The translations under genes and the position numbers were made by a program. From Candidatus Hadarchaeota archaeon (GTDB taxonomy: Archaea > Hadarchaeota > Hadarchaeia > Hadarchaeales > Hadarchaeaceae), in contig CAZETV010000001.1 in assembly GCA_964514965.1 (NCBI GenBank), forward strand, positions 30,001 to 62,000: a stretch of DNA of 32,000 nt, in the 5' to 3' direction. Positions 8,650 through 17,913 of the stretch are shown here, piece after piece; the stretch's first letter is position 1, and each line of letters starts with the position of its first letter. The notes under the pieces were generated by a model. The model saw nothing but the letters and a program-made list of their open reading frames with translations, did no database searches and was not told where the DNA came from.

Positions 8650-9905
8650 CTTACAAAGTCAAGAACATCAAGCTCGCACCCCAAGGCAAACGCATGATTG
8701 ATTGGGCCGAGCGCCACATGCCTGTGCTGGCCGAAATTCGTCGTGAACTTTCAAAGACAAAACCGCTCAGGGGTATGAGGGTCGGAGCGGCCCTGCACAC
8801 CGAGGCCAAGACGGCGGTGCTCGTCCGAACTCTCGTGGCGGCGGGAGCCAAGACGGCGATAACTAGCTGCAATCCGCTTTCAACACGTGATGAAGTTGCC
8901 GCAGCTCTAGCGAAGGAGGGCGTTGAAGTTTACGCGTGGCGGGGAGAAACCGCTCAAGAATATTACACCAACCTCAATCATGTGCTCGATATCAAGCCCG
9001 ATGTGCTAGTGGACGATGGGGCCGATCTTATCTCGCTCGTCCATTCAAAGCGTACCGCGCTTTTGAAACGCATTCTGGGTGCATCGGAGGAAACGACTAC
9101 AGGGGTTAATCGGCTGCGGGTGATGTCAGCGGATGGTGCGCTCAAGTTTCCAGTGATGGCGGTCAACGACTCCCCGGCGAAACGCTTTTTTGACAACCGC
9201 TTCGGCACAGCAGAGTCCGCATTTCAAGCAATCACGGGAATCACCAACACGCTCATTGCTGGCAAGAACGTCGTAGTTGTTGGTTACGGTTTTGTTGGCC
9301 GAGGTATCGCCTCGCGCGCGAAAGGGTTGGGGGCAATCGTAGTCGTTGTTGAAACCGACCCAATCAAGGCGCTTGAGGCGACGATGGATGGTTTCAGAGT
9401 TGCAGGGATGAAAAAGGCTGCTCGTGTGGGCGATATATTCGTAACGACGACGGGTAACCTAAAGGTTATTCGTGAGGAGCATATGTGCATGATGAAAGAT
9501 GGCGCGATTTTGTGCAACGCGGGGCACTTCAACGTTGAGATAGACATTCCAGCACTCAGAAAGCTCGCCGTGAAGAGTTGTGAGGTGTTGGAGGATGTTG
9601 AGGAGTTTCAGCTCAAGGATGGTAAGCGGCTTTACTTGCTCGCGGAGGGGCGCTTGGTAAACCTCGCTGGTAAACGTTCGCTCGGACACCCGATGGAAAT
9701 TATGGACATGAGTTTCGCTCTGCAGGCTCTAAGTGTCGAATATATCGCTAAGCACGCTGGCGAGCTTGAGCCAAAGGTGCATGAGGTACCGGCAGAGATA
9801 GATCGCAAGGTGGCTGAAATCAAGCTCAAGTCGATCGATGTGGAACTTGAAAAGCCAACTAAGGAGCAATTTGAGTATTTAAAATCTTGGCGTGTGGGCA
9901 CTTAA
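8646..9905 (+). CDS. ahcY: Adenosylhomocysteinase family protein (S-adenosyl- or S-inosyl-homocysteine hydrolase)
   Basis: MTYKVKNIKLAPQGKRMIDWAERHMPVLAEIRREL...LHTEAKTAVLVRTLVAAGA...ITSCNPLSTRDEVAAAL...DDGADLISLVH...NRFGTAESAF...VVVGYGFVGRGIASRAKG...LCNAGHFNVEID; overlaps the upstream gene by 4 nt. Confidence 0.93.
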   Translation: MTYKVKNIKLAPQGKRMIDWAERHMPVLAEIRRELSKTKPLRGMRVGAALHTEAKTAVLVRTLVAAGAKTAITSCNPLSTRDEVAAALAKEGVEVYAWRGETAQEYYTNLNHVLDIKPDVLVDDGADLISLVHSKRTALLKRILGASEETTTGVNRLRVMSADGALKFPVMAVNDSPAKRFFDNRFGTAESAFQAITGITNTLIAGKNVVVVGYGFVGRGIASRAKGLGAIVVVVETDPIKALEATMDGFRVAGMKKAARVGDIFVTTTGNLKVIREEHMCMMKDGAILCNAGHFNVEIDIPALRKLAVKSCEVLEDVEEFQLKDGKRLYLLAEGRLVNLAGKRSLGHPMEIMDMSFALQALSVEYIAKHAGELEPKVHEVPAEIDRKVAEIKLKSIDVELEKPTKEQFEYLKSWRVGT

Positions 9906-9939
9906 AAATGTAAAATGGAAATTTATTAGAGCTATTATT

Positions 9940-10209
9940 TTATTTTTTCCGCGCTATTTTTTCGAGTAATGTGAAAGATATGGCGCCAATCACCCCAAAT
10001 ATCAGAGGAATGTACCCGCCCTCACCCATACATATGCTCATCCTGTGCCAAAAAGTAGTCTCGGGTATCCAAAAGAGTTGCTTTTGACGAATATACGCCC
10101 AGATAATCCAAGCCACGAACCCACAGAGAGTAGCGATAAAGACTAACCTAGGAATCCACCATTTGACATTCTTTGCCCGCTGAGGCCTTCTACTTTTTGT
10201 CCTGTTCAT
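9940..10209 (-). CDS. Small membrane protein with two predicted hydrophobic segments, function unknown
   Basis: 89 aa ORF: WWIPRLVFIATLCGFVAWIIWAYI ... GYIPLIFGVIGAISFTLLEKIARKK. Confidence 0.55.
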   Translation of the reverse strand: MNRTKSRRPQRAKNVKWWIPRLVFIATLCGFVAWIIWAYIRQKQLFWIPETTFWHRMSICMGEGGYIPLIFGVIGAISFTLLEKIARKK

Positions 10210-10307
10210 GCCGAAACTTCCTTACTATGATTTGAAAAAGATGTTATCCCACTTTTTTATAATCTCCTTGATTAAAATTTTCGTCACGAACCTCCCTTAA
10301 CGAACCT

Positions 10308-11564
10308 TCACGCGGCAGGTCTAAATCTCAAGAGCGCTGCTAACCCTTTGAAAGCTATTAGAAGTTGTTTGCCCTCCTCGGTTTCGGTTGAGATGAACTC
10401 GGCGCCAGCACCAAACTTTTCTGCTAGCTCCAACAGCTCTTGCACGACGTCCTTGTTCCCGACTAACGACAACCTAGTTTCGCCGCAGTTCGGGCATTCT
10501 CGCACAGATAGCTGTTTTTCAAATTTTTCGACATCTTCGACGGTTTCCCGCAGTTCATGCCCGCAAGATTGACATTTTGCAGTTACTCGATTTTTCCTTA
10601 TACCCTCTGAAATTAACAATAGCTCGACAGCACCCAGCTCGAGAGAGTGCCTGATTTCCCGCTCGCCATATGTCGCTAGTCCTCTGCCAGCGACGAGTTC
10701 TTCCATGAAGCGTTGGACGAGCGATTTTTCCTTCAGAATATCTAGGTCGGCGAGTATCTCACCTGATTTGTTGACCACTTCCTTTACTCCTTGCTCATCG
10801 GTGTAGCCAGTATCGAGTACTCCAGCGATTTTCTTCTTGATCCTATCTTGCAATAATTCACTTTTCAAGAATTCTTCTTTAGTCGGCCCAGGCCCACCGA
10901 CTATAACCGCCCGCAAATCTGATATATGCGAAAATATCTCGTTGGCGGCTTCTGCAACTCTTTTCGCGTACTCATGAGCAGCGATTTCTATCAACCTTTC
11001 GAACCGTCGTGCAGACTGACCTCCCTTGCCGTGTTTTCCGGGTACTCCGGAGGTCAACCTTCTCACTATCTCTATGTTTTTGCCACGTAGGGTCGCGAGC
11101 GTCGCTTCTCGCCGGTCCATGACGAGCACTCCCACGGTCTCTTTGACTTGGGTCATATCTCGCAGCGGGTCAAGCACGAACTCTTGGTCGCAACGATACA
11201 TCTTGATAGTTATCTGCTCGGGGGGTTCGACCCAATAAAGCTTGATGTCGGCGATGTCATCGCGTCCAGCCACGTTTCCACAAAATATTGCCATCCCATT
11301 TGGAGGGGGACGCTTGTGAGTGTCGGCGTAGATGCGCAAGAACTGGATAATTCGCTCGAGAGCGCTTACCACGTTCTTTCGGGTAGTTTTCGACTTTATA
11401 TTTGCTGCCGTCCCTTGCTCATCCCTGAGTTGTTGGATAACTTTGATGAGTTCAAAATCGGGGGTAATGTAGACCGAGATTAGCTCGGTTCCTCGGCCGC
11501 GCTTGCTAGCCAAATCTTCGAGCATCCGCTTAAATTGGTAACGCGCCTTGCTATCGACAGACAT
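10308..11564 (-). CDS. prf1: Archaeal peptide chain release factor 1 (aRF1)
   Basis: GTELISVYITPDFELIKVIQQLRDEQGTAANIKSKTTRKNVVSALERI (NIKS), GKHGKGGQSARRFERLIE (GGQ), C-terminal zinc-binding CQSCGHELRE...CPNCGE. Confidence 0.96.
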   Translation of the reverse strand: MSVDSKARYQFKRMLEDLASKRGRGTELISVYITPDFELIKVIQQLRDEQGTAANIKSKTTRKNVVSALERIIQFLRIYADTHKRPPPNGMAIFCGNVAGRDDIADIKLYWVEPPEQITIKMYRCDQEFVLDPLRDMTQVKETVGVLVMDRREATLATLRGKNIEIVRRLTSGVPGKHGKGGQSARRFERLIEIAAHEYAKRVAEAANEIFSHISDLRAVIVGGPGPTKEEFLKSELLQDRIKKKIAGVLDTGYTDEQGVKEVVNKSGEILADLDILKEKSLVQRFMEELVAGRGLATYGEREIRHSLELGAVELLLISEGIRKNRVTAKCQSCGHELRETVEDVEKFEKQLSVRECPNCGETRLSLVGNKDVVQELLELAEKFGAGAEFISTETEEGKQLLIAFKGLAALLRFRPAA

Positions 11565-11635
11565 TCGTATTCCCCATCATACTTCTCAACCGCGAATGTT
11601 AATAATGTGGCGCCGAATTTATTTTTGGTGATAAT

Positions 11636-12322
11636 ATGCGTGTGACATTCTGTTTCGGTGGCTCAATATTGGCGCCGGATAAGCCGGATGTGGGCTGCAT
11701 TCGAGAGGTGGCTCAGACTCTCCGTACGCTCAAGTCGCAGATGCATGAAATCCTCGTCGTCACAGGTGGAGGAGGGCCTTCGCGCAAGTACATCGAAGTT
11801 GCACGAAAGTTTAAAGCTTCAAGCACCTTCTGCGATATCATAGGGATAAATTTCACACGCCTGAATGCTCGCCTGTTGATTGCTGCCCTCGGCGATCTCG
11901 CGGAACAGGAACCCATTACAACTTTTGAAGCGGCGATTAGAGTGATGCTTAGGGATAAAGTACCTGTGATGGGCGGTACAATGTCAGGTCAAACCACCGA
12001 TGCAGTCGCCGCGATGTTGGCTAGTTCGAGTAAGTCCAAACTTTTGATTTTCTTGACAGATGTGGACGGAGTTTACACAGCCGATCCTAAAATTGACCCA
12101 AAAGCAAAGAAGTTCAAGGTGATGACTGGTGATGAACTCATGAAGCTAGTGTCGGTAAAAAAAATGAAACCGGGAATTAACATGATAATCGACCCTGTGA
12201 GTGCGAAGCTCATCCAGCGGACGGGCATCCGAACTCTTGTGTTAGGGAAGCACGAGATCAAACGCTTACCGGAGATTTTAAGGGGTGCAGAGCATAGTGG
12301 TACTACGATTGTATCCGGATGA
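11636..12322 (+). CDS. pyrH: Uridylate kinase (archaeal UMP kinase)
   Basis: MRVTFCFGGSILAPDKPD...VVTGGGGPSRKYIEVARKF...LLIFLTDVDGVYTADPKIDPKAKKF...PGINMIIDPVSAKLIQRTGIRTLVLGK. Confidence 0.93.
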   Translation: MRVTFCFGGSILAPDKPDVGCIREVAQTLRTLKSQMHEILVVTGGGGPSRKYIEVARKFKASSTFCDIIGINFTRLNARLLIAALGDLAEQEPITTFEAAIRVMLRDKVPVMGGTMSGQTTDAVAAMLASSSKSKLLIFLTDVDGVYTADPKIDPKAKKFKVMTGDELMKLVSVKKMKPGINMIIDPVSAKLIQRTGIRTLVLGKHEIKRLPEILRGAEHSGTTIVSG

Positions 12323-12326
12323 TAAA

Positions 12327-12518
12327 ATGCCAGAGAACCATCGACATTGCATTGTTTGCGGGAAGGCGATTGAGCAAGATAAATTTTTCTGCTCACCTTC
12401 ATGCGAGGATGTCTTCAAAAAACAACAAAAGCGTATGTCACGCAGTAGATTAATTATGATAGCGATTTTTGTTGCAATTTTCGTGATGATTGTAGTTTTG
12501 CAATACATTAGGTCATGA
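12327..12518 (+). CDS. Small zinc-ribbon plus transmembrane protein (DUF2116-like)
   Basis: MPENHRHCIVCGKAIEQDKFFCSPSCEDVFKKQQKRMSRSRLIMIAIFVAIFVMIVVLQYIRS; start 4 nt after the pyrH stop. Confidence 0.85.
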   Translation: MPENHRHCIVCGKAIEQDKFFCSPSCEDVFKKQQKRMSRSRLIMIAIFVAIFVMIVVLQYIRS

Positions 12519-15242
12519 AGATGTAATCAGGATGGTTAACGCGGGTTCTTGGATATCGATAACTTCAACTTTGTGCCCCGCACTTGCGGTCTCTTTTATC
12601 ACCTTCACATCTTCGGGCGCGAGTTCGAATTGTTTGTCACCCGCTTGGAGCGTGAGCTTCCCTTTTGCAAGCTGTGTTGCTAGTTCCTCTGGCTTCGTCT
12701 CACGCAAAGCTTGCACGACAAGTTTTACGTCCGCGCGTAGGCTCGGCCCTAGCTTTGCTAATTTGGGTTCGACCGCAAGCACGCGCTCGGCCAGCTTCGG
12801 TCTGCCGACTTTGATTTTGAGCTTCTCCACGCGCATGGTGCCGGAGATGTCTTCATTCACCTGCTTCACATGTTCTGCGGTCTCCTCGTTAGAGGCATAA
12901 ATTTCGACCGATGAAAGTTCCTTGCTAAGCGCCATCTTGTGCGCAGACTTGAATTGTCGAAGAGCACTCACGATTAAGTTTGCTATCTCGCCGGCTCGCT
13001 CGGCTGATTCGTTAATAAACTTCTTATTTACCTCGGGCCAGCTTGAGACGTGGATGCTTGGATGTGGGCAATTCTTGGCGAAGTGAGCTTGGTAAATCTC
13101 CTCGGAGAAGTGTGGTGTGAATGGAGCGAGCAGTTTAGTGGCGGCCAATATCACATGGTAAAGCGTATATCTTGCAGCGTCGGCAGTGGGATCGCCACCA
13201 TAGAGGCGGTGTTTAATTTCTTCAATGTACATATCGCAAAACTCGTGCCAAATGAAAGTCTGGATTGCGCCTAGTGCGTGGTTAAATTGGAAGTCATCGA
13301 GCCAGTCCGTGGTTTGCTTGATAAGTCGGTTGAGGCGGCTGAGAATCCAGAGGTCAACAGGTTTAAACTTGAGCTTCTCCGGGTCGAGCTCAGCAATTTT
13401 CGCGTTCAGATGGGTTCCCGCGAAACGCGCAGCATTCCAGAACTTACGCATGAAACGATAACCGAATTCGACATCCTTCCAGTTGAAGGGGATATCGGAA
13501 CCCGTGGAGGCTCCGATAGCTGCCCACTGCCGGAGGGCATCGGTCCCATACTTGCTCCGGGCCATTGTCGTGTCGACATAGTTGCCGAGCGACTTCGACA
13601 TCTTTCGACCGTCTTCACCAAAAACCATGCCGTTGATTAGCACCGTGCGATAAGGCGCCTCGCCCAGCAGCGCTAGGTGTCGAACCATAAGGTAGTAGTC
13701 CCATGTGCGGATGATGTCTGTCCCGTTAGGTTGAAGGTCTGCTGGAAAGAGGCGTCGGTCGAGCTCTGGCCAGCCGGCATGAACGGCGATTGTTATCGAA
13801 CTGTCCATCCATGTGTCGAGCACGTCTTTTTCAGGCTCGAAGCTTTTGTTGCCACATTTCGGGCATCGTTCGACTAGTGGTTCATCTTTCACAGGGTTCA
13901 CGGGCAGCTGTTTTTCCTCAGCGACAATAGGCTCTTTACAACTCGTACAGTACCAAGCTGGAATCGGGGTCGCAAAGATGCGCTGTCTCGATATCACCCA
14001 ATCCCAATCCATCGACTCTGCCCAGTCGATTAACCTCTGTCGCATGTGGTCGGGAACCCAACGGACTTGCTTGGCGCTTTCGACCACCTTGTCCTTGAGG
14101 TCTATCACTCTCATGAACCACTGCGGTTTTGCTAGAATTTCAACCGGAGTCTTGCACCGCCAACACACTCCGACGCTTTGAGCCAGCTTCTCCTGCTTAA
14201 CTATCAGACCCGCTTTGCGGAGGTCATCGATGATTGCACGCTTGCACTCCTTGAGCGTCAGTCCAGTGTATTTTCCAGCTGCTCCGCTCATCTTCCCTCT
14301 TTCATCGATGAGTTTGACTACGGGTAACTTGTAGCGTTTCGTCCATCGTACATCGGTCTTATCGCCAAAAGTGCAGACCATCACCACGCCCGTGCCGAAC
14401 TCGGGGTCAACTTCGTGGTCCTCGATGATTTCGACGACTTGACCGAATGGTGGAACCTCGAGTTTTTTTCCAACGTGTTTTCTGTAGCGCTCGTCTCCAG
14501 GGTAAACCGCCACGACCACGCATGCGGGAAGATACTCGGGTCGAGTGGTGGCTATGGTGAGGTATTCTTCTTCATCATGAAACTTGAACTTGATGTAGCT
14601 GAATGTTGCCTCTCGATCTTCGTATTCGACTTCGGCATCGGCAATCGCGGTTTCGCATCTCGGGCACCAGTTGACAGGATGCTCGCCTCGATAGATCAAA
14701 CCACGCTTGTAGAGCTGCACGAAGGATAACTGGGTTCGCCTGTAGTAGTCCGGGTTCATCGTCCGGTATTCTGTAGACCAATCGATTGAAAAGCCGAGCG
14801 AGTTCATCTCCTCCCTCATGTGGCCGATGTTTTCCTCGGTTAGCTTGATGCAGAGTTCGCGAAATTTTCCAACAGGGAGGTCGCCTTTACGGATTCCGTA
14901 GCGCTTTTCGACTTGAACTTCAGTTGGCAACCCGTGGCAATCCCAGCCTTGCGGGAACAGTACATTGAAACCGCGCATTCTTTTGTAGCGGGCGGCGATA
15001 TCGAAGTAGGTCCAGTTAAGCGCCGTGCCGATGTGAAACTCTCCGGACGGGTAGGGAGGTGGAGTATCAATAACGTAAGTCGGCTTTTTTTTATCTTCGC
15101 GGTCAAAGCGGTGGATGTCTAACTCTCTCCATCGCTCCTGCCACTTGGGTTCGATTTTGAGCGGTTCGTAATCTTTTGATACTTCCACTTGATATCCTCC
15201 TTTGGCTTTCTGGGCAGCCTCATCAAAATCTGAATTAAACAA
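12513..15242 (-). CDS. valS: Valyl-tRNA synthetase
   Basis: PPPYPSGEFHIGTALNWTYFDIAARYKRMRGFNVLFPQGWDCHGLPTEVQVEK; DWDWVISRQRIFATPIPAWYC; GRKMSKSLGNYVD; 909 aa. Confidence 0.96.
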   Translation of the reverse strand: MFNSDFDEAAQKAKGGYQVEVSKDYEPLKIEPKWQERWRELDIHRFDREDKKKPTYVIDTPPPYPSGEFHIGTALNWTYFDIAARYKRMRGFNVLFPQGWDCHGLPTEVQVEKRYGIRKGDLPVGKFRELCIKLTEENIGHMREEMNSLGFSIDWSTEYRTMNPDYYRRTQLSFVQLYKRGLIYRGEHPVNWCPRCETAIADAEVEYEDREATFSYIKFKFHDEEEYLTIATTRPEYLPACVVVAVYPGDERYRKHVGKKLEVPPFGQVVEIIEDHEVDPEFGTGVVMVCTFGDKTDVRWTKRYKLPVVKLIDERGKMSGAAGKYTGLTLKECKRAIIDDLRKAGLIVKQEKLAQSVGVCWRCKTPVEILAKPQWFMRVIDLKDKVVESAKQVRWVPDHMRQRLIDWAESMDWDWVISRQRIFATPIPAWYCTSCKEPIVAEEKQLPVNPVKDEPLVERCPKCGNKSFEPEKDVLDTWMDSSITIAVHAGWPELDRRLFPADLQPNGTDIIRTWDYYLMVRHLALLGEAPYRTVLINGMVFGEDGRKMSKSLGNYVDTTMARSKYGTDALRQWAAIGASTGSDIPFNWKDVEFGYRFMRKFWNAARFAGTHLNAKIAELDPEKLKFKPVDLWILSRLNRLIKQTTDWLDDFQFNHALGAIQTFIWHEFCDMYIEEIKHRLYGGDPTADAARYTLYHVILAATKLLAPFTPHFSEEIYQAHFAKNCPHPSIHVSSWPEVNKKFINESAERAGEIANLIVSALRQFKSAHKMALSKELSSVEIYASNEETAEHVKQVNEDISGTMRVEKLKIKVGRPKLAERVLAVEPKLAKLGPSLRADVKLVVQALRETKPEELATQLAKGKLTLQAGDKQFELAPEDVKVIKETASAGHKVEVIDIQEPALTILITSS

Positions 15243-15257
15243 TATAAATCAATTCGG

Positions 15258-16109
15258 CTATTCCACCTCAACGTTGCGTTCAGGGGGTATTCGCGCAAAA
15301 GCTTCCAAACTAGGCTGCGTGGGTGGGCGCTTAAATTTCACTTCTTTGTCAAGATTAACACGTAGCCCGGCGTAACCCGGCAACGTTTCTACACCCGTTG
15401 CAGCCTTGATTCGCTTCGCCTCCTTCTCTGGTGAATGTTTCAAGAACAGCATGCCCATATGCACTATCACTGCTAGTTCTGGTTTAACTTGATTTAGGAG
15501 ATCGATGAGGTCGTCAGAGCAGAGGTGCCACGGGATTCGCATCGCCAGCGGGCGCGTGACATTTGCTATTAAGACTCGACTGCCTTTGAAGTGCTTTGCG
15601 AGTTCATCAAAGTACTGGGTATCATTGGTGTAGCCTATGATGCCCTTTTGTGAGTGAATTTTTAACCCAAAAGTCGTGGGGTCGCTATGTTTTGTTGGTG
15701 TCGCATCGAGTTTTATGTCGTCTAACTTGCAACTTTCGCCGACTTGAAGGCAAATAACTTTCTCCGGCTTTCCTTGATGAAAACGCGAGACCGCCTGATC
15801 AAATTCTCCTACGCCCTCAAGCACGCTTTTGCTTCCTATTAACATGCCTCGTCTGCGGGTCATGTGTCGAGTCATCGCCTCGATGAGCACTTCTGCGTCA
15901 CAGTAATGGTCGAGATGGCAATGAGTAGCCACGACGCAGTCAAGATCAAGCGGATTTAAATTGTGCTGATGGGTAAGCAAGAGAGCTCCGGGTCCAGGAT
16001 CGACGTGTATTTTGATTCCCGCGTGCAAGCGGAAGCCCCCAGTCTTGAAATGTTGGGCGATAACTTGAAGACGGCCTCCACCGCATCCCAGAAATACTAG
16101 TTCGACCAT
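15258..16109 (-). CDS. MBL-fold metallo-hydrolase
   Basis: VELVFLGCGGGR...GIKIHVDPGPGALLLTHQHNLNPLDLDCVVATHCHLDHYCDAEVLIEAMT...IVHMGMLFL; THxHxDH motif. Confidence 0.9.
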   Translation of the reverse strand: MVELVFLGCGGGRLQVIAQHFKTGGFRLHAGIKIHVDPGPGALLLTHQHNLNPLDLDCVVATHCHLDHYCDAEVLIEAMTRHMTRRRGMLIGSKSVLEGVGEFDQAVSRFHQGKPEKVICLQVGESCKLDDIKLDATPTKHSDPTTFGLKIHSQKGIIGYTNDTQYFDELAKHFKGSRVLIANVTRPLAMRIPWHLCSDDLIDLLNQVKPELAVIVHMGMLFLKHSPEKEAKRIKAATGVETLPGYAGLRVNLDKEVKFKRPPTQPSLEAFARIPPERNVEVE

Positions 16110-16391
16110 AAGACTACCGATTTTTATTTGTGGGAGGAAAAATAAACCTGCTTAACAAGCTGTGAATGGATTTCTGCAGAGTTACTACAAGCGTTCCTGA
16201 GTCTAACCCAATTATCTTTTTCAAAAAGCGTCCAGTGGTGATTTAATAGAGAATGGCTATCCCAGGTAAAAAGAACTTGACGTGGATGAGGCTTTCAGGT
16301 TTTTGGGTTGCCTCTTCCAAAATTTAGGAGTTTGTACAGTCCTAACCATTAACTGGATGAACTGCCTGCATGTTGTAGGTGGAGATCGACC

Positions 16392-16617
16392 TCACGCCAC
16401 TATCAGCGAAGTCTCCGTGTACCGTACCCCGGAGATGCTCTGAATCTTGCTGACGACGGACTCACCGAGTGCTTTAAGATCTGCCACTTCAACCCGGACG
16501 ACGATATCAAACCTTCCTGTGGTCGCGGCAGCAAATCTTACTTCTGGCAAATTTTTGATTTTATCCAGGAGTCAAGGCTTTCCCAGGTTCAGTACGGATG
16601 TATGCGATTGCCTGCAT
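16392..16617 (-). pseudogene. Lrp/AsnC ligand-binding (RAM) domain protein with an internal single-nucleotide frameshift
   Basis: Minus strand: MQAIAYIRTEPGKALTPG* in one frame, continuing LLDKIKNLPEVRFAAATTGRFDIVVRVEVADLKALGESVVSKIQSISGVRYTETSLIVA* in another; length 226 nt = 3n+1; upstream GGAGGTG. Confidence 0.8.
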
Positions 16618-16895
16618 TATCCACCTCCTGCAAGTTCTATCTCACAAATTAATTTTGAACTTACAGCTAATTAAAACCATAATCCACGTTTTGATATAAT
16701 CTGCTCGTTCAGATTTTCGAAAGTAAATTGTTGGCATTTCAAGAAAGGATTATCTCGCGTATATCCGTAGGATGAATGTTTTGGTGAATGGCGCGGCAGA
16801 CCGTCACAAATGGATGTTTGATATCGGTTCTTCGCGTTCCAAAAATATTAAGAGATGCAACGATTGGATTAAAACTGGAAGGGTGTCTCCTTACA

Positions 16896-16986
16896 GGGCC
16901 CATAGCTCAGTTGGTAGAGCGCCGCCTTCGCATGCATTTGCCGGAAAAGGCGGAGGTCGCGGGTTCGAGTCCCGCTGGGTCCACCA
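16896..16986 (+). tRNA. tRNA-Ala (anticodon CGC) with 15-nt intron at 37/38 (16933-16947), CCA encoded
   Basis: GGGCCCA/TGGGTCC acceptor with G3:U70, anticodon stem CCGCC/GGCGG, TTCGAGT T-arm, CCA at 16984-16986; bulge-helix-bulge can be drawn (TTCG pairs with CGGA). Confidence 0.93.
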
Positions 16987-17314
16987 CTTTTATTCAACCA
17001 CCCATCCCCGCCGTTAGCCTCGTCACTCGTGCTCATCGTCTTCGATACTAGAACTGCTAGTATCATTGCCGCACTCCTTTATAATTAGAATTTCGTTTTT
17101 CATTTTTTTCACTTCCTTACTCGCATTTTGGTATTCATACTAGTGGTAAACAGTAGCTGCACTAATGACCATCTGAGGGCAAACCGTGCACTATTTAAGT
17201 GTCTTAGTTCAATGAAATTAAGACACAATGGGCTTTTCTCAGGAAGAGCTTTTCAAAGAAACAGTTAAGACGTTTCTTCGGGTTGTGTCTAAGAAAAAAA
17301 GGAGTGTTAATAAA

Positions 17315-17500
17315 ATGGCATATGGCGGAAGATTCGGTGGACGCAGAAGGGATTTCCCTCGCGAAATGAACAAAGCGACTTGCTCAGACTGTGGCAAGGA
17401 ATGTGAGGTTCCCTTCAAACCAACAGAAGGTCGACCGGTTTACTGCAGAGAGTGCTTTCAGAAGCACCGATCAGAGAGAAGAGGCCCATCGCGCTGGTAG
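17315..17500 (+). CDS. Small CxxC zinc-binding protein (CxxC...CxxC, 'CxxC-x17-CxxC'-like); ORF track start 17228, likelier start 17315
   Basis: MAYGGRFGGRRRDFPREMNKATCSDCGKECEVPFKPTEGRPVYCRECFQKHRSERRGPSRW with GGAG upstream. Confidence 0.85.
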   Translation: MAYGGRFGGRRRDFPREMNKATCSDCGKECEVPFKPTEGRPVYCRECFQKHRSERRGPSRW

Positions 17501-17529
17501 GTGAGCAGGTTCTGGTGGCTGTTCTCTTT

Positions 17530-17646
17530 GGTTAGCGATAGCTATCTTTCTCAGACTAGAAAGAAGTAATGGCTAACTAAAAAGGGACAAAATAGCAGGG
17601 AAAATTACAGAAAAACCTGTAAAGTTGAGTTCTCGAAATAGGAGAA
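17530..17646 (+). ncRNA. Candidate structured RNA or leader: three consecutive hairpins
   Basis: GTTAGC(17531-17536)/GCTAAC(17572-17577) enclosing CTTTCT(17546-17551)/AGAAAG(17558-17563); TTACAG(17605-17610)/CTGTAA(17617-17622); TTCTC(17630-17634)/GAGAA(17642-17646). No significant ORF on either strand in 17501-17804. Confidence 0.3.
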
Positions 17647-17804
17647 TCTGTCTACGCCACCTTGCTCATGAGGGCGCTTCGACCGCGTCTGAAATCGTTT
17701 AGGCCCTAGGGGTCCTTAGCGGCAAGCAAAGTGTAATGAAAGTAAAACGAATTAGATCAGATTATCTAAGAAGAAATTTAAGTAACGTGAGCAACTGCTT
17801 AAGG

Positions 17805-17897
17805 GGGCCCGTGGCGCAGATTGGTTAGCGCGTTCGGCTGATAGCCAGTTTGGCAGAAACCGGAAGGTCGAGGGTTCGAATCCCTCCGGGCCCACCA
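17805..17897 (+). tRNA. tRNA-Ile (anticodon GAT) with 15-nt intron at 37/38 (17844-17858), CCA encoded
   Basis: GGGCCCG/CGGGCCC acceptor, anticodon arm TTCGG-CTGATA[intron GCCAGTTTGGCAGAA]A-CCGGA, T-arm GGTTCGAATCC, CCA at 17895-17897. Confidence 0.93.
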
Positions 17898-17913
17898 TCA
17901 AAGGTAACGAACT

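Noticed and set aside
13278-14181. Plus-strand ORFs of 120 and 122 aa opposite valS
   Set aside because: Antisense to ValRS; composition matches the complement of coding sequence.
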